Source: Eledone cirrhosa (lineage: Eukaryota). Taken from it: a DNA stretch of 64,000 nucleotides. The stretch lies in assembly GCA_964016885.1 (NCBI GenBank), contig OZ024740.1:62186001-62250000 (forward strand), written 5' to 3'. The notes under the pieces were generated by a model, which was given only the letters and a program-made list of their open reading frames with translations, was not told the DNA's origin and did no database searches. Shown one piece after another: positions 40,510 to 53,480 of the stretch (within the stretch, counting starts at the first letter, position 1; the number at the start of each line of letters is the position of its first letter). The position numbers and the translations under genes are program-made.

Positions 40510-43265
40510 TCATCATCATCATCATCATCATCACCGTTTTACGTCCATTCTTCCACGCTAGCATGGGTTAGACGGGTTGTCCTGTTGTGGGCAGTGTCTG
40601 GTCGGCTGACCATGCCTTGCTCATACAGGAACTGATCTGGCTTGATTTCTACAGCTGGATGCCCTTCCTAACACCAACCTCATTTACAGTGAGTGCTGGG
40701 TGCTTTTTCGTGGCGCCTACACGTCCACTCTACAGTGTGGGCTGGGTGCTTTTTTGCTGTGGCACCTCCACGACCACTTTGCAGTGGGAGGGTGTGGGGG
40801 CATATTGTCTATATGCTTCAGCTTGTACCCATGAGAGGTCGGGTACTCTGTATTACTGCGTGACGCCAGAAGTCACGGTCGTGTGTCATTGACTTTGAGA
40901 GGTGTAGTTGGGTAAGGTCGGCTTTTATCACCTCATCCCAAGTCATCTTGGGTCTCCCCACTCCGCGGTTTCCATTGACTTCTAGTGCTCTGCACCTTTT
41001 TATGCAGCTGTCATCCTTCATACGCATCACATGTCCATACCAGCGTAACCGCCTCTCCTGCACGCAGCATTTGATTCCTCTTATGCTCAGTCTCTCTCTC
41101 AATTCATTTATGCTTTGTCGTTCACGTATATTACTGTTACACATCCATCGGAGCATGCAGGCTTTGTTTCTTTCTAATCTACGTAAGTCTTCCACCTTCA
41201 GCGCCCAGGTCTCACTACCATGCAACATCGCTGTTCGGATACACGCATCATACAGTCTGCCTTTCATTCTGAGGGAGAAGCCTTTTGCAGCTAGCAGTGG
41301 TAGTAGTTCCCTAAACTTCTTCCATCCCGTTCTTACCCTAGTTATTGTACTTTCTGAGCACCCACCTCCGTTGCTAATTCGGTCACCTAGGTAGCAGAAG
41401 CTGTCTACTGTTTCTACAGGGCCCTCCCAGAGATTGGTGGTACTTGTTTCCTGTGGCTGTTTGCTTGCTGTCACAGCACAGCTGCTACCTGTGAAGCCTA
41501 CATTCTTAATTAAGCTTCCTGAGATCCCGCTACATCTCTTGTGTACCCATTGTTTGCATTTGGGGCAAAGAATGGAGTTCCTACCTACACCTTTCCTACA
41601 TACTGAGCAAGGCCATTTCCCTGAGGGGATCTGGGTTCTGTTTTCTCGTCTACTTATAAGGACCTTAGTCTTTGTCATGTTGACTTTGAGGCCCTTTCTC
41701 TCTAGTCCCTGCTTCCAGGTTTGGAATTTATTCTCTAGTTCTACCATAGATTCAGCTATGAGTGCGAGGTCATCAGCATACAGGAGTTCCCATGGGCATC
41801 CGGTCTTAAACTCCTCCGTTATTGCCTGCAGGACTATGATGAACAGGAGAGGGCTAAGAACAGAGCCCTGGTGGACCCCAACCTGTACGCTAAATTCCTC
41901 GCTATACTCATTGCCAATCCTAACTTTGCTGACTGCTCCCCTATACATGGCTTGTACCGCTTTCACAAGCCATTCATCTACTCCTAGTTTTCTAAGAGCC
42001 CACCAGATTACTGCACGTGGAACTCTGTCAAAGGCTTTCTCAAGGTCGACAAATGCCAAGTAGAGTGGCTTACTTTTAGCTAGGTACTTTTCCTGTAATT
42101 GCCTCACAAGGAAGAGCGCATCAGTGGTGCCTTTCCCTGGTACAAACCCAAATTGCATCTCGTCTATATTCACCCGGTCCCTAATCAGCTGTGCTATAAC
42201 TCTTTCTGTTACTTTCATGACCTGGTCCATCAACTTTATACCTCTATAGTTTCCTCTATCTAGTGCATCGCCTTTACCTTTGTAGCAGTTGACAATGATG
42301 CTACTGCACCAATCTTTTGGTATGGCCCCCTCTAGTATTACCTGGTTAACGATACGTGTGGTTATAGTGTGACCTACAGACCCAGATGCCTTCAGCATCT
42401 CGGCAGCTATACCCGATGGACCGGTTGCCTTCCCTATCTTCATATCTCTGATTGCCTTACTTACTACGCTGCCGCTGACTTGTACTGCTGGTCCCTCTAT
42501 AGGGTCGACGTGGGGTAGGGTCTCTTCTTCCCATGCATTCTCCTCATTTAGTAATCTATCATAATGACTCTTCCATGCATCTTTCTTCTCAGCACTTGTG
42601 AGGGCAAGCTCACCTTTATCATTCCGGATACACTTCTCTCCAATGACATCACAACTATCTCTGACACACTGCCTCGCAATCTTGAATACCTCCTGTTTCT
42701 GGTCCTCACGTTGTAAAACATGCTTGAATTTTCTATCCTCTGCTTCCCTCCTAGCTAAGTATACTTGTCGCCTAGCTTCCCTCTTGGTCTCTATGTAATG
42801 TACCCTGCTCCCCCCGTTCTTCCATTCTTTCCATGCCTGTCTCTTGGCCTTGACTGCTTCATCTACCTTATTGTTCCACCACCAAGTCACTCTCCTCCTG
42901 CTTGAGGTCTTACTCCAGCCACAAACCTCATCCGTCGCCTCTAGTAAGTTATTTTTTAGGAACTCCCAGTTCTCTTCTACGTTAAATGTCTCTATCTGTT
43001 CTTCTTTACTGTCGTAGGCGTTGAGTAAAATATCTTTAAATCTGTTACTGGTTGAGGGGACTTTCAGCTTCCAGATCTTTCTTCTCCAGGTTGGCCTCTG
43101 TTTCAGGGCTCGTCTAGTTCTGACCGTGAGGTCGCTGACAACTAAGCTATGTTGGGATGTACATTCCTCACTAGGGAAGGCTTTTGTGTTTACGACCGTC
43201 CATCTGTCACGTCCTCTGATGAGGATAAAATCTAACTGACTAGAGTGCTCCCCTGATCTATAGGT
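40510..43265 (-). mobile_element. RTE LINE family B, longest copy, truncated within the APE endonuclease
   Basis: Open frame 43265 to 40818 (815 codons by manual extension): EN C-terminus TYRSGEHSSQLDFIL...SQHSLVV, full RT (NYRGIKL, FVDLEKAFD, QGSVLSP, YADD, YLG), 3' UTR and (GAT)n tail. Confidence 0.97.
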
Positions 43266-43671
43266 ATTTTATCATATTAGTATTTTTTCTCCTTTACTTC
43301 CACTTTATTGTGCTAGGTAGATGAAAATGATTAGAATATTCAGTATTGTTCTGGGATACAATGCTTGCGATATCGCTTTTGTTGCTATATTTTCAATTGG
43401 CTTGTGAAATAATCAAGAACTTAAACTGGTTTCTGTAAAACACCTATACATTTTTTTGTTTATTTCTACATGAAGAAGGTGTTTCGAACACAATCTTCTT
43501 TCTTGCACACTATATCTGATTCCCCTTATGCCCAGTTTTTCCTTCACCTCATCTGTGCTTTGCTGTTCACACTTATACAACAGTGACTGTGAAGTGCAAA
43601 ATTATTTAAATTTTGTTTAAATATCACCGTATAAAATGAGTTATAAGTCTATGGTTTTCTACAATATATAA

Positions 43672-44209
43672 CAGAAAAACCTGGGATGATCTGATAAATT
43701 CCGACCTTACACACTTGCACCTCTCTAAGACAATGTCACTGGACCGAGATCTTTAGTGCTACGCAGTAATACAGAAGACCCGCCTTGCCTATGTACAAAG
43801 CGAAACCTACAGTCAGTAGGCACCTCTTAACCAAATATACACCCCAATCCACTACCCCTACCCTATCCTCCCACTCCCACCAACACCACCCTCTCTCTGT
43901 AAAGTTGGTACCACAACATCCAGTCCAAATGAATGAGATAATGCGATCGAGATCGTGTAGGTGTCACAACAAAAAAACACACAGTCCACGCTGTAATGTG
44001 GCCGTGTAGGTAACACGGTAAAAAGTTCCCAGTTCCACACTGTAAATGTAGTTGGTGTTAGGAAGGGCATCCAGCCGTAGAAAACCTGCCAGATAGTCCT
44101 ATATGAGCGAGACACGGTCACCCGACCAACCTTGCCTCAAGTGGGACAACTCCCGTCTAACCCATGCTAGAGTGGAAGATGGACGTTAAATGATGATGAT
44201 GATGATGAT
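43672..44209 (+). mobile_element. RTE family A-related 3' fragment with TSD
   Basis: RKTWDDLINSDL...3' UTR...(GAT)n, flanked by ATAACAGAA at 43668-43676 and 44208-44216. Confidence 0.92.
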
Positions 44210-44448
44210 AACAGAATTGAAGTATAGAAGAATTGGGCACATTACTAAACTATATCCTGTCTCAATCATATGCATTTCTTTTCTTATGATTAGAATTCTT
44301 AAAGTAAATCAAAATGCAATGTCTGAGAAAATTCAAATAGGAGTTGAATTGTTTTAAAATCCCACTCCACCGCTGACAGTTATTTTTAGTAAATCTTCTA
44401 TGTTATTTCTAGTTTAATCTTGAATCATTTGTTTTGTTTTTGTTTCAG

Positions 44449-44517
44449 GTAAAAGCAAAGAAGCAGAAATAAAGCGCATCAACAAAGAATTGGCAAATAT
44501 TCGTTCCAAATTCAAAG
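44449..44517 (+). CDS. AP2A: AP-2 complex subunit alpha, coding exon 2 (69 nt)
   Basis: Polypyrimidine tract plus tttcag acceptor. Translates (C)[22 protein letters not shown](G), matching the alpha-adaptin N-terminus. Donor AAG|gtaaac. Not in the ORF track because it is too short. Confidence 0.96.
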
Positions 44518-45634
44518 GTAAACTCTTTTTGGATTGCTGTATTTTTATTTACATTGAATAAATTCTAGCATCTGATGGCGCTTTTTATTTTTCATTTCTT
44601 TACTTTTTTTGCTTTTATTTATTTGCCTTATGAGAAAAAGTAGCATGAAGATTCTGTTAATATATAAAGGTTGATTTCTTTTGACTAAGCACTGGAAGAA
44701 AGGAGTGTGGTTAATGGAATTGACTTCACTGTATTATTAATACTTATTTTAATGACCCTAGAGCAAGGGTCAAAAACCTGTTTTTATCTGAAGAGATATG
44801 TTTGGCTAGAAAAAAAATTCGACTATCACAGCTGCCTAATTTATTATAATCAAACATACATATATACATACAAGAAAACATGAATTTAGCTTACTTTTTT
44901 TGTTACTCAATGTGATATTTACCTTTAAAACTTACTCAAGATTTCTTCAATGTTCAGGTCATAGCTTTTACTTTAATTACTTTTTAAATTCAGAGCATGT
45001 AAGAGTCACTCGAGATAAGCTAAAGAGCTGCATGTTCCCAACCCCTGCCCTTGAGCAAAGGTCAGAGGTCTTTGTTTTAGGTATTATCCAAAAATTTATT
45101 CAAGTCAAATGATTTCTAGATTTCAAAGTGAACAATGATCATAAAATTGTTTCATGTGGTATACAAAAATTTATATTAAAAAATATTTATTGGAAAGAAT
45201 TGAAGTATTTCATTCTAAATATCTCCACTTTAGGTTTGTAAAAAGAAAAAAAAATTTTTTAATGCTACCTCATATTATTGTGGATCAATTTTCAAGTTCA
45301 CAAGCATATAGAGAAATGGAAAATATAAAAAGAAAAACATGCTCTCATAAAAATACACAGAAATAAAATTAATAGAAAGGATTTTAAAAAATTAACTTTA
45401 AGGCTTTGGAAAAAAGGTAGTTTCATTTTTGATATAACATCAAAATGAAGGCTTTTTGGTGCCTTAATGACTAACTGATTTCTGCGCTTTGTTTCCAAAT
45501 TTACAAGTGTAGAAAATTATCTTTTTACAAATGTAGATTGTTGCAAAAGACAACAGTATTTCTTTTCACTTTTACTTGTGTATCTTTGAAAGCATTTGCA
45601 GCTTTTAGCATCCAAAAAGATGAGAGATATGTCT

Positions 45635-45749
45635 TGTTTTGAGAACAATACCTTAACATCAGTATGAGTGATCGGTTACAGCCGGTTTGAACAGAAAGAG
45701 GTGAGATAATTCTGGCCGGATAAAGCCGGTTTAAATGCTAAAGGGTTAA
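45635..45749 (-). mobile_element. MITE family 1, one-ended fragment
   Basis: Ends TAAATGCTAAAGGG|TTAA and matches 34945-35059. Confidence 0.82.
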
Positions 45750-46249
45750 CATGTTCACCTTTTCTAAATCCTCCATGTTCACACATTAGATTTTGTGTCA
45801 GACTCTGAAATTCATTGTCGCTGCCAGATCAAATCTCCCCAACAACTTCTACTCAAAAGGTGCCTCTGTTTGTTTGGTTACATACTTTGCCACCCATGAA
45901 GTAAACTCATCCATGATGCAGGTGTACTTTTAGCCTCTCCCACAATGGCGTAACTGGTAAAGTGGACTGGTATGATCATGTCAAAGCTTGAGCTATCTGG
46001 TCGTCGCATACATGGTGTCTGCCTTTAGAATCATGACTTCTGTTGGATGTCTGTAATTACTGTACATCGGCAGCCGCTGTTGGTGATGATGTAGATGCAC
46101 TGGTTGGAGCTGGTTCAACCCATGCTGATTGAATACTGACACAAGTACAAGTAAGTGCTTCACTTCTAGAGAGAAGTTCAAGGAAGTGTTTCTGCTAATC
46201 TTTCAGATTTTTCAGGCACATCAAAAATTTTACAGTTAATGGGATTCAG

Positions 46250-46700
46250 AACCCAACTGACAGTATGTCCTATCAGAAGCAACCATCTCCAACTGATCCG
46301 GCTAGATCCCCAAGCGATGCCAGCCAAGCTCCTGGATGTTATCCAACTATCTTGCTTGTGGTCTGCCTTTGGGTCTCCTGTCGGAGAAGTAGCAGCTCCA
46401 CCTGGAACAACTCTCTGATCGCCAATCTGTGCACTCTATCAAGTAACATTACTCCAAAGACCTTTTGGAGGACCCCATTTTGACTGCTTGTAATCACGAT
46501 TATATTCTTTCAATCATTACCCAAGATTCATGACCAAAGGTAAAGGTTGCCACAAATACTGAATTGAAGATAGTGAGTTTAGCTTTTACACCTACCTCCC
46601 TTCTGAATGCTGAAACTGGTGTATTACTGCACTGGCTCCTGCAATTCTTGCGCTTAATTCAGCCTTCAGCTTTCCATCACTCGTAAACATGGCCCCTGAA
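46250..46700 (-). mobile_element. Expander/Rex3-like RTE LINE 3' relic
   Basis: Minus strand gives decayed GHESWVMIERI..LQAVKMG and RPKGRPQARxLDNIQELGWHRLGI.PDQLEMVASDR, typical of the Expander/Rex3 C-terminus. Confidence 0.7.
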
Positions 46701-47204
46701 GCCTTAATCTAAATGCTGAAATATTTTTCTCGATAAAATGACACTGATATTCCCCATTTCTGGTTCTTTGACATGTCTAAAGATATTAGCTAAATATGAA
46801 ATGGAGTTACTGAACTTACCTGGGTGGGCCTGTTTTAAATCTACCAGAAATTTTTTTTTTTTAAATTCAATTTTGACAGTTGAAACTCTATTGAGAACAT
46901 TTATACTTGAAAGTTATATGTGAAAGAGGGAAGCTTGAATACTCAGCCTCTCCATCTCCTTATAAACTACAAAACAAATGTGTGTTAAGGCAGGCCCTTT
47001 GGCAGCATCAACAATATTGACCATATCATTTATAATAACTGAATCACAATCAATGCATGGTGATAGTTCATACAATGAGTAACTTCAATTATAGGGTTCA
47101 GATTTTTTTTTTTTCCTTCTCCAAAGCCAATAAAACAACTGACATGGCTAAACATGTATGTAGCTCTCTCTACAGATATATCAATACAGTTTAAACACTT
47201 CAAT

Positions 47205-47377
47205 TTAACCCTTTAGCATTTAAACCAGCCATATCTGGCCAGAATTTTATCAACCTTTTTCTATTCAAACTGACAATTCATAATATCGAAATTTCATAGA
47301 TTCGATATTATGTGAGATAAAACCTTTACCGGGAAAATACACTAGTATATATAAATAATGTAAATGCTAAAGGTTAA
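47205..47377 (+). mobile_element. MITE family 1, internally deleted
   Basis: TTAA|CCCTTTAGCATTTA...TAAATGCTAAAGG|TTAA. Confidence 0.87.
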
Positions 47378-49899
47378 AGTTTTGAAATATGCATCAACCA
47401 CCTTGTGAAAATGTCAATTCCACAAGATCTTGACTCAAGTGAAAAACATTTCTTCATTGTATCAGGAGCTCAGTTGATTTTTGGCTTTAAAAACTTATCG
47501 ACACTTCAAAATGTTAAAAATATATATATAAATCTCTCTTTTTATACCCTAGATATAACGTTATTTCATTATCTTTTTTATATATGGGTGAAGTATAAAT
47601 GCTGTAGATTCATTAGTTTTGAGTAGAAAAATGATTACTCTTTAAAATGTCCTCACTTCACTTGAAACAAAATTAAAAATATATTTTTGCACTCAGGACA
47701 ATGAACTGATGTTAACAATATAGAAAAAGAATAAGCTTTCAGACAAACATAAATAAGTAATAAATATTCTAAAAATTTAGGACAATGCCACATTTATGTC
47801 ACAAAATATAAATTATTTAACTCTTTTGCTGGCGTATTTCAAATGAAAGGTACTGCCTATAATTTTTTAAATATTTTTAAAAATAATTAAGAATTTGGAA
47901 AGATTTAGTAATATATCTAATTTTCTCATTATTATTCTTGTGCTTGAAAAATAACTTCACAAAGGTTCCTATATGAAATTATAATGGGAGGTTCTTAGAT
48001 AAATATAAACACTTGAAAACAAAGTTTTGTATCATGGAACCACGGGCAGTTTTGTATTAAAAATGATAATATTAAGATTGCTTTCAAGCATTCTTGATAA
48101 AATAATTTGTGAAATACAAATATAATAGGAATCATAATCTGCTACTCAAATCTGTTGTTGGCAGATTTAATGTAGTAAGGCATAACATAAATCTAATCAT
48201 TTAGTAATACCTATGTGGTGAGAAGAAAACATCAATTTAATGTTCAATATTATTTCAATCTGATCTTCGTAAGTTCAGTTGACAACTCTGACAACTTTGG
48301 AGCTGTTCTAGTTTTAGGAGACCACTTTAGTGAATCATAGACTTCTCCATACATGCCAGATAAATAAGAGGATCATGATGTACGATAATGTCCACAAATA
48401 GGTGTAAAACATTATCATAATGTTTGAGGGAAATTACCCAGAGATAGCATCTGCAAAACAAGTGAGTCAAGTTAATGTAATATGGATTGGATGCAGCAAT
48501 AGTCGAATGGTTATGAGGTTCACTTCATAATCATTATGAACTGGGTTTGATCCCACTGGTATCTTGGGCAAGTGCCATTTACTATAACCTCAATAACACA
48601 TACCTTGTGTGTGAAATTGGGTGGACAGAAATTGGAAGCTTGACTAATTGACAGTACCCTAATTCAAATGGCCTGCCTTGTCATTCTGAATTTCCCTGAG
48701 AGTTACAATAAGGGTACTCTATCTATAGAATGCTCAGCCACTTAACATATTTTGTTGATTGAACAACTGGAACAATCATCATTGAAACTGATGGAGGTCC
48801 ATTCCAATGTAGTAAAGGAGGCAAAATGCAATTAATAATCTATAGTAAAAAGAAAACTGGCTGAAATTAGTCTTTTCCAACTCATACTGGTATGGAAGAA
48901 TGGCTGTACAAATGATGATGATGATGATGCAAAGTTAACAAGTTTGTATCTTATTAGGCTTCCTCAGCATTCTTCCTATTCACTGAATCTTAGCTATTCT
49001 GTCATAAGATATTTTACATATTTGCCAGTTTGTCTTGCAAGTCTGTTTTACTATCCTATTAGATTCTTTTGTTTATTGTTTTCTCAACTTTTTGATTTTT
49101 AATTATTTAAAAAAATATATATCTCTGTACTTTCTCAAACTGCTATTTGTTTTTCTTTTACTTTCGTTTCATCTCTTTCACATTCTCCTTTGCAGACAGA
49201 TATATTTTAATTTAATTAAAACAACAAGTCTAGTCAAGTTTTTGTGTTGTTTTTTTTAAATTCTAATCACAAAACTAACATTGTTGATTAACTCATTAAT
49301 GAATACATAGTATCCACCATGAACAGGACAGTAACAGAATATACAATGCAAAGTGTTTATTTCAATTTTAAATACTGTTCACATTATTAATGGGGTGGTA
49401 CTTTATTCTGTTTCTTTTTCTTTTTCATCAATTTAAGTCTCCCTCCCTCTTTCTTTTCATGGTGGCATGGGCTAGACAAGATGTGGGAGGTTCTACTAAC
49501 ATAAGAGTTTTTCTATGAGACGTGACCAGCTCCTTTTTCAGCCCTTCTGCATATCTAGATAAAGGGACGCTATGAGTGGTCTCACACGACCTTTGTTATG
49601 GCTCAATTTAGTCAATTGAAAGAGAAAGGAAGAAAAGCAATGTTGACCATGGCAGGATTTGAACTTAGAGTACAGGAAGTTGGAACAAATGTTGTAAGAC
49701 ATTTAATTCCCACTCACTACCTTTGATTGTAGAATGGGAATTATATTTTATGCATTTAATTGGTTAAACTGAATTATTTAAAAAATTAGAAGGTTAAAAA
49801 TTGATGGGGTTTTTTTATGTTGTCCTGGAGTGATTTTGAAAGAAACATATAGTTCTATCTTTCTTACTATTTTCCTTTTCTATTTCTCATTAATTTCAG

Positions 49900-50042
49900 G
49901 TGACAAAACATTGGATGGCTATCAAAAGAAGAAATATGTCTGCAAACTGCTGTTTATTTTCTTACTTGGTCATGATATTGACTTTGGCCACATGGAAGCT
50001 GTCAACTTGCTCAGTTCCAATAAATATACAGAGAAACAGATT
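49900..50042 (+). CDS. AP2A: AP-2 complex subunit alpha, coding exon 3 (143 nt)
   Basis: tttcag acceptor. (G)[47 protein letters not shown], including the PI(4,5)P2-binding KKKY motif. Donor ATT|gtaagt. Phase is compatible with exon 2. Confidence 0.97.
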
Positions 50043-50189
50043 GTAAGTATCTTTACACGTGGCTGTTTTATGCAAATTTTGTAACTCAAGTATGTAGATA
50101 AATTACTGCTGTTACTGTATCATTTGATCAAGTAGTGCCAATTAGAATATTATGGCTGATACATATTTCAGGTTATTCATTTATTCATT

Positions 50190-50640
50190 CTTCTTCTTCA
50201 CCCACTTATTCCTGAGAGGGTCATGGAGGCAGAATCGTCAGACACATTTTCCAGAGGATCCTATCAAAAACAATCATCACCAAATGATTCAGCTAGATCC
50301 TCAAGTGAGACCAACCAAAGTTATGAGTGTTATCCAACCATCTTGCCTGTGATCTACCTTTGGGTCTCCTGCTGGTTGGCTTTACCCATAATATATGTCC
50401 TGTGATTTTTTTCTTTAAACATTTTAACCTTGTGTCCATAGCACCGGGGCTGTGATCTGTATACGCAGAAAAATAGTGGCTCTGCCTAGAGTGATTCTCT
50501 GATCACCAAACTAATGTTCCTGTCATGTAACATTACTCCAGAGACTCTTCGGAGGAACCCCATTTTGGCTACTTGTATTTGTAATTGTATTCTTTTGATC
50601 ACTACCCAAGATTCATGACCATAGCTAAGGGTGGACATGA
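50190..50640 (-). mobile_element. Expander/Rex3-like RTE LINE 3' relic
   Basis: Homologous to 46250-46700. Reverse complement contains YGHESWVV and a (GAA)n-like tail near 50185-50200. Confidence 0.7.
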
Positions 50641-50714
50641 ATAGCAAATTTGGCTTTTACACTTACCATTATACTTGAGATATATATAAAAAAATAATAA
50701 CAATAATCATTGTT

Positions 50715-51745
50715 GTGTTCTGGTGCAATAAGTAGCAGCAAGTGCCCACAAAATACTAGCTCTTTCAATTGCGCAGAGGGTTCTATAGAAATAGTGGACA
50801 GCTTCCGTTACCTGGGCGATAAAATCAGCAGTGGGGGAGGGTGCTCTGAAGGTACTGTAGCTAGAGTCAGAACTGGTTGGAAAAAGTTCAGAGAGCTTAT
50901 ACCACTATTAGCTGCTAAAGGGTTCTCCCTAAAAATGAAAGGCAGGTTGTACGATGCCTGCATACGAACAGCAATGTTGCATGGTAGTGAGACCTGGGCA
51001 TTGTGTGCTGAGGATATACGCAGACTAGAGAGGAACGAAGCTTGCATGCTCCGCTGGATGTGTAACAGTAATATACGTGAACGGCAAAGCATAAATGAAC
51101 TAAGGAAAAAATTAGAGATAAGAGGGATCAGATGTTGTTTACTCGAGAGAAGGCTGCGTTGGTATGGACACGTGATGCGCATGAAAGTCGATAGCTGTAT
51201 TACAAAGTGCAGGGCAATAAAGATAGACGGTAGCCACGGAATATGCAGACCTAGAAAAACATGGGATGAGCTGATAAACTCCGACCTCACACACTTACAC
51301 CTCTCCAAGACAATGTCACTGGACCGTGACCTTTGGCGGTACTCAGTAACAGAGAAGACCCGCCTTGCCAGTAGGCATCTCTAACAAAATACACCCCATC
51401 CCGCCACCACCCCCACCCCATCCACACCACCCCGTTCTATGTAAAGTTATGTTGGTGCCGCGCCATCCAGGCCGAAACAAATGAGATCGTGTAGGTGTCA
51501 CGACAAAAAAACACACAGTCCACGCTGTAATGTGGCCGTGTAGGCAACACGGTAAAAACCTCCCAGACCCACACTGTAAATGTGGTTGGTGTTAGGAAGG
51601 GCATCCAACTGTAGAAAACCTGCCAGACAGTCCTATGCGAGCAAGACAATCACTCTTGCCTCAAGTGGGACTACCCCCGTCCAAACCCATGCAAGCGTGG
51701 AACACGGACGTTAAACGTTGATGATGATGATGATGATGATGATTG
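50715..51745 (+). mobile_element. RTE LINE family A, young 5'-truncated copy in AP2A intron 3
   Basis: ORF 50710-51384, 3' UTR and (GAT)n tail. Possible TSD ATTGTT. Confidence 0.95.
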
Positions 51746-52249
51746 TTATGAAAGATAACATATTCTACTTTTTAATACTTTAAGGTACTTGACATGTTCT
51801 TCATACATCTACAGGTGCAAATTCTTGAACACATCATCAGTGTTGTATGTTAGAGTCACCTAGTGATTTAGGTCTTACAACAGCATACACCCTCATCCAG
51901 GTAACCTGACTGGGGTTGATCAAACCTCAAGCTGTGTCTAAAGGACATTCTACTGACCAGTTACCTCTTTTCCAACTAGAACCATCTAGTTGCTCTTTCT
52001 GTTGCTTCCTCATTGTTCTTAATGCCTCTTCACCTGCTCAAACCTGTAATTCCCAGCATTCCATAATAAACTAAAGAACAACCTGCAAACCCTTGCCGGC
52101 CTATTTTCCTTTGTATATTTTCATTTCATTCAGAACTACTAAGATATTAATAAAGGAAAATTATGGAAAATTATAATTTCAGGAATGTGCATTTATTTAA
52201 AACTAGAAAAAATCTTTATACATCTCCGCTCACTCCCATCTCTGCCTGA

Positions 52250-52520
52250 CAAAACACACAATAATCACCCTAGTGCTAATACTATGATAAGATACACCTA
52301 GCCCACTCTGTAAAGTGGTAGTGCTGGTGCCATTATAAGATATACCTAGCCTACTCTGTAAAGTGGTAGTGTTGGTGGCACAAGGAAATACCCCCAGCTG
52401 TAAAGTAGTTGGGATTAGGAAAAGCATCAAACCATAGAAACCATGCCAAAATGGAACATATAAGCATAATGTCTAGTCTCATCCAGCCCATACCAGCTTG
52501 GAAAACAGACATGATGACTG
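52250..52520 (+). mobile_element. RTE 3'-UTR-derived fragment with tandem modules
   Basis: Repeated ACCTAGCCxACTCTGTAAAGTGGTAGTG units, then TTAGGAAAAGCATC and an RTE-like tail. A similar fragment lies at 54265-54457. Confidence 0.6.
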
Positions 52521-53224
52521 TTTATATTGCATGCTTTTCTGATAAGAAATAATTTTGTTTTTATCTCACATCTACTAGTTTTACACTTGCTTTTAATAAT
52601 GTATCCTGAAATGTCGAGGTTTCATATTTTAAATGTGTCAATAACTAAGGGGGTTAAATTTAGTTTCAGTATTATGTTCAGAAGCATGAGATAAGAGCAG
52701 GTAGTTTTATATAAAAACACTTTGTCGAGTTACAATCCTAAAACTGACTTACTTCATTGTTTCCAGGAGCCAAGTGTCGAAAGATTCACATATTTTGTTT
52801 TACACTTCACACAATATCTTTCAATTCAATTGTCAACTCTACAAATTAATACTTGATATATGTTAAAATGTCATGTAGCCAAGTGGCAAGAGCGTTGAAC
52901 TCATGAACATAAGATTGTGGATTCAATTCCTGAACTGGGCCGCGTGTTGTATTCTTGAGCAAGATACTTCATTTCACATGGTTTTTCATGATAGGATTGT
53001 GACTCTTATTTTTAAAACACTCAAGAAACCTCTTATGAGATGCAACCTTGTAAGAGGCTAGCTAAACCTGCATAGTTGTGAGCTGTAAATTAAAAATTTA
53101 TTATTGCTACATTCTTGACATGTGTACTCAGTTGATCCACATAGGACCCTTGGTTATGCTGATTCTTTTAATTTTTATTATATTAATTCATTTAGCCATA
53201 TCATATTCAGGACCAGTGCCAGAC

Positions 53225-53480
53225 ACCTAAACATGTTTAGTTCCTTGCTCCCTATGGAGCATTAGGTGACAAGAGATCCCTATTCTGTACGGTCACAAAC
53301 TTTGTCCCAGGCCTGTCTCCAGGTCAGGCCCATATCTGCCAGGGCTTCTTCCACAGACCTCAACCAATTTCGATTTTCAATAAAGATTAGTTTTGTGATC
53401 TTTGGGCATCAGTTCTGCACCCACACTAAGGTTTGTGCTCCTTGTTGGCCTAATGGTACCACCAGCCCTTTTTAATCATA
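53225..53480 (-). mobile_element. 3' relic of a further RTE family
   Basis: Minus strand reads RNWLRSVEEALADMGLTWRQAWDKVCDRTE*GSLV, the typical RTE C-terminal TW...DR..W pattern. Confidence 0.55.

Noticed and set aside
40948-42063. Long antisense ORFs (148 and 209 aa) and equivalents in other LINE copies
   Set aside because: They are shadow frames opposite the RTE ORF. They recur only because the LINE is repeated, and they have no recognisable domain.
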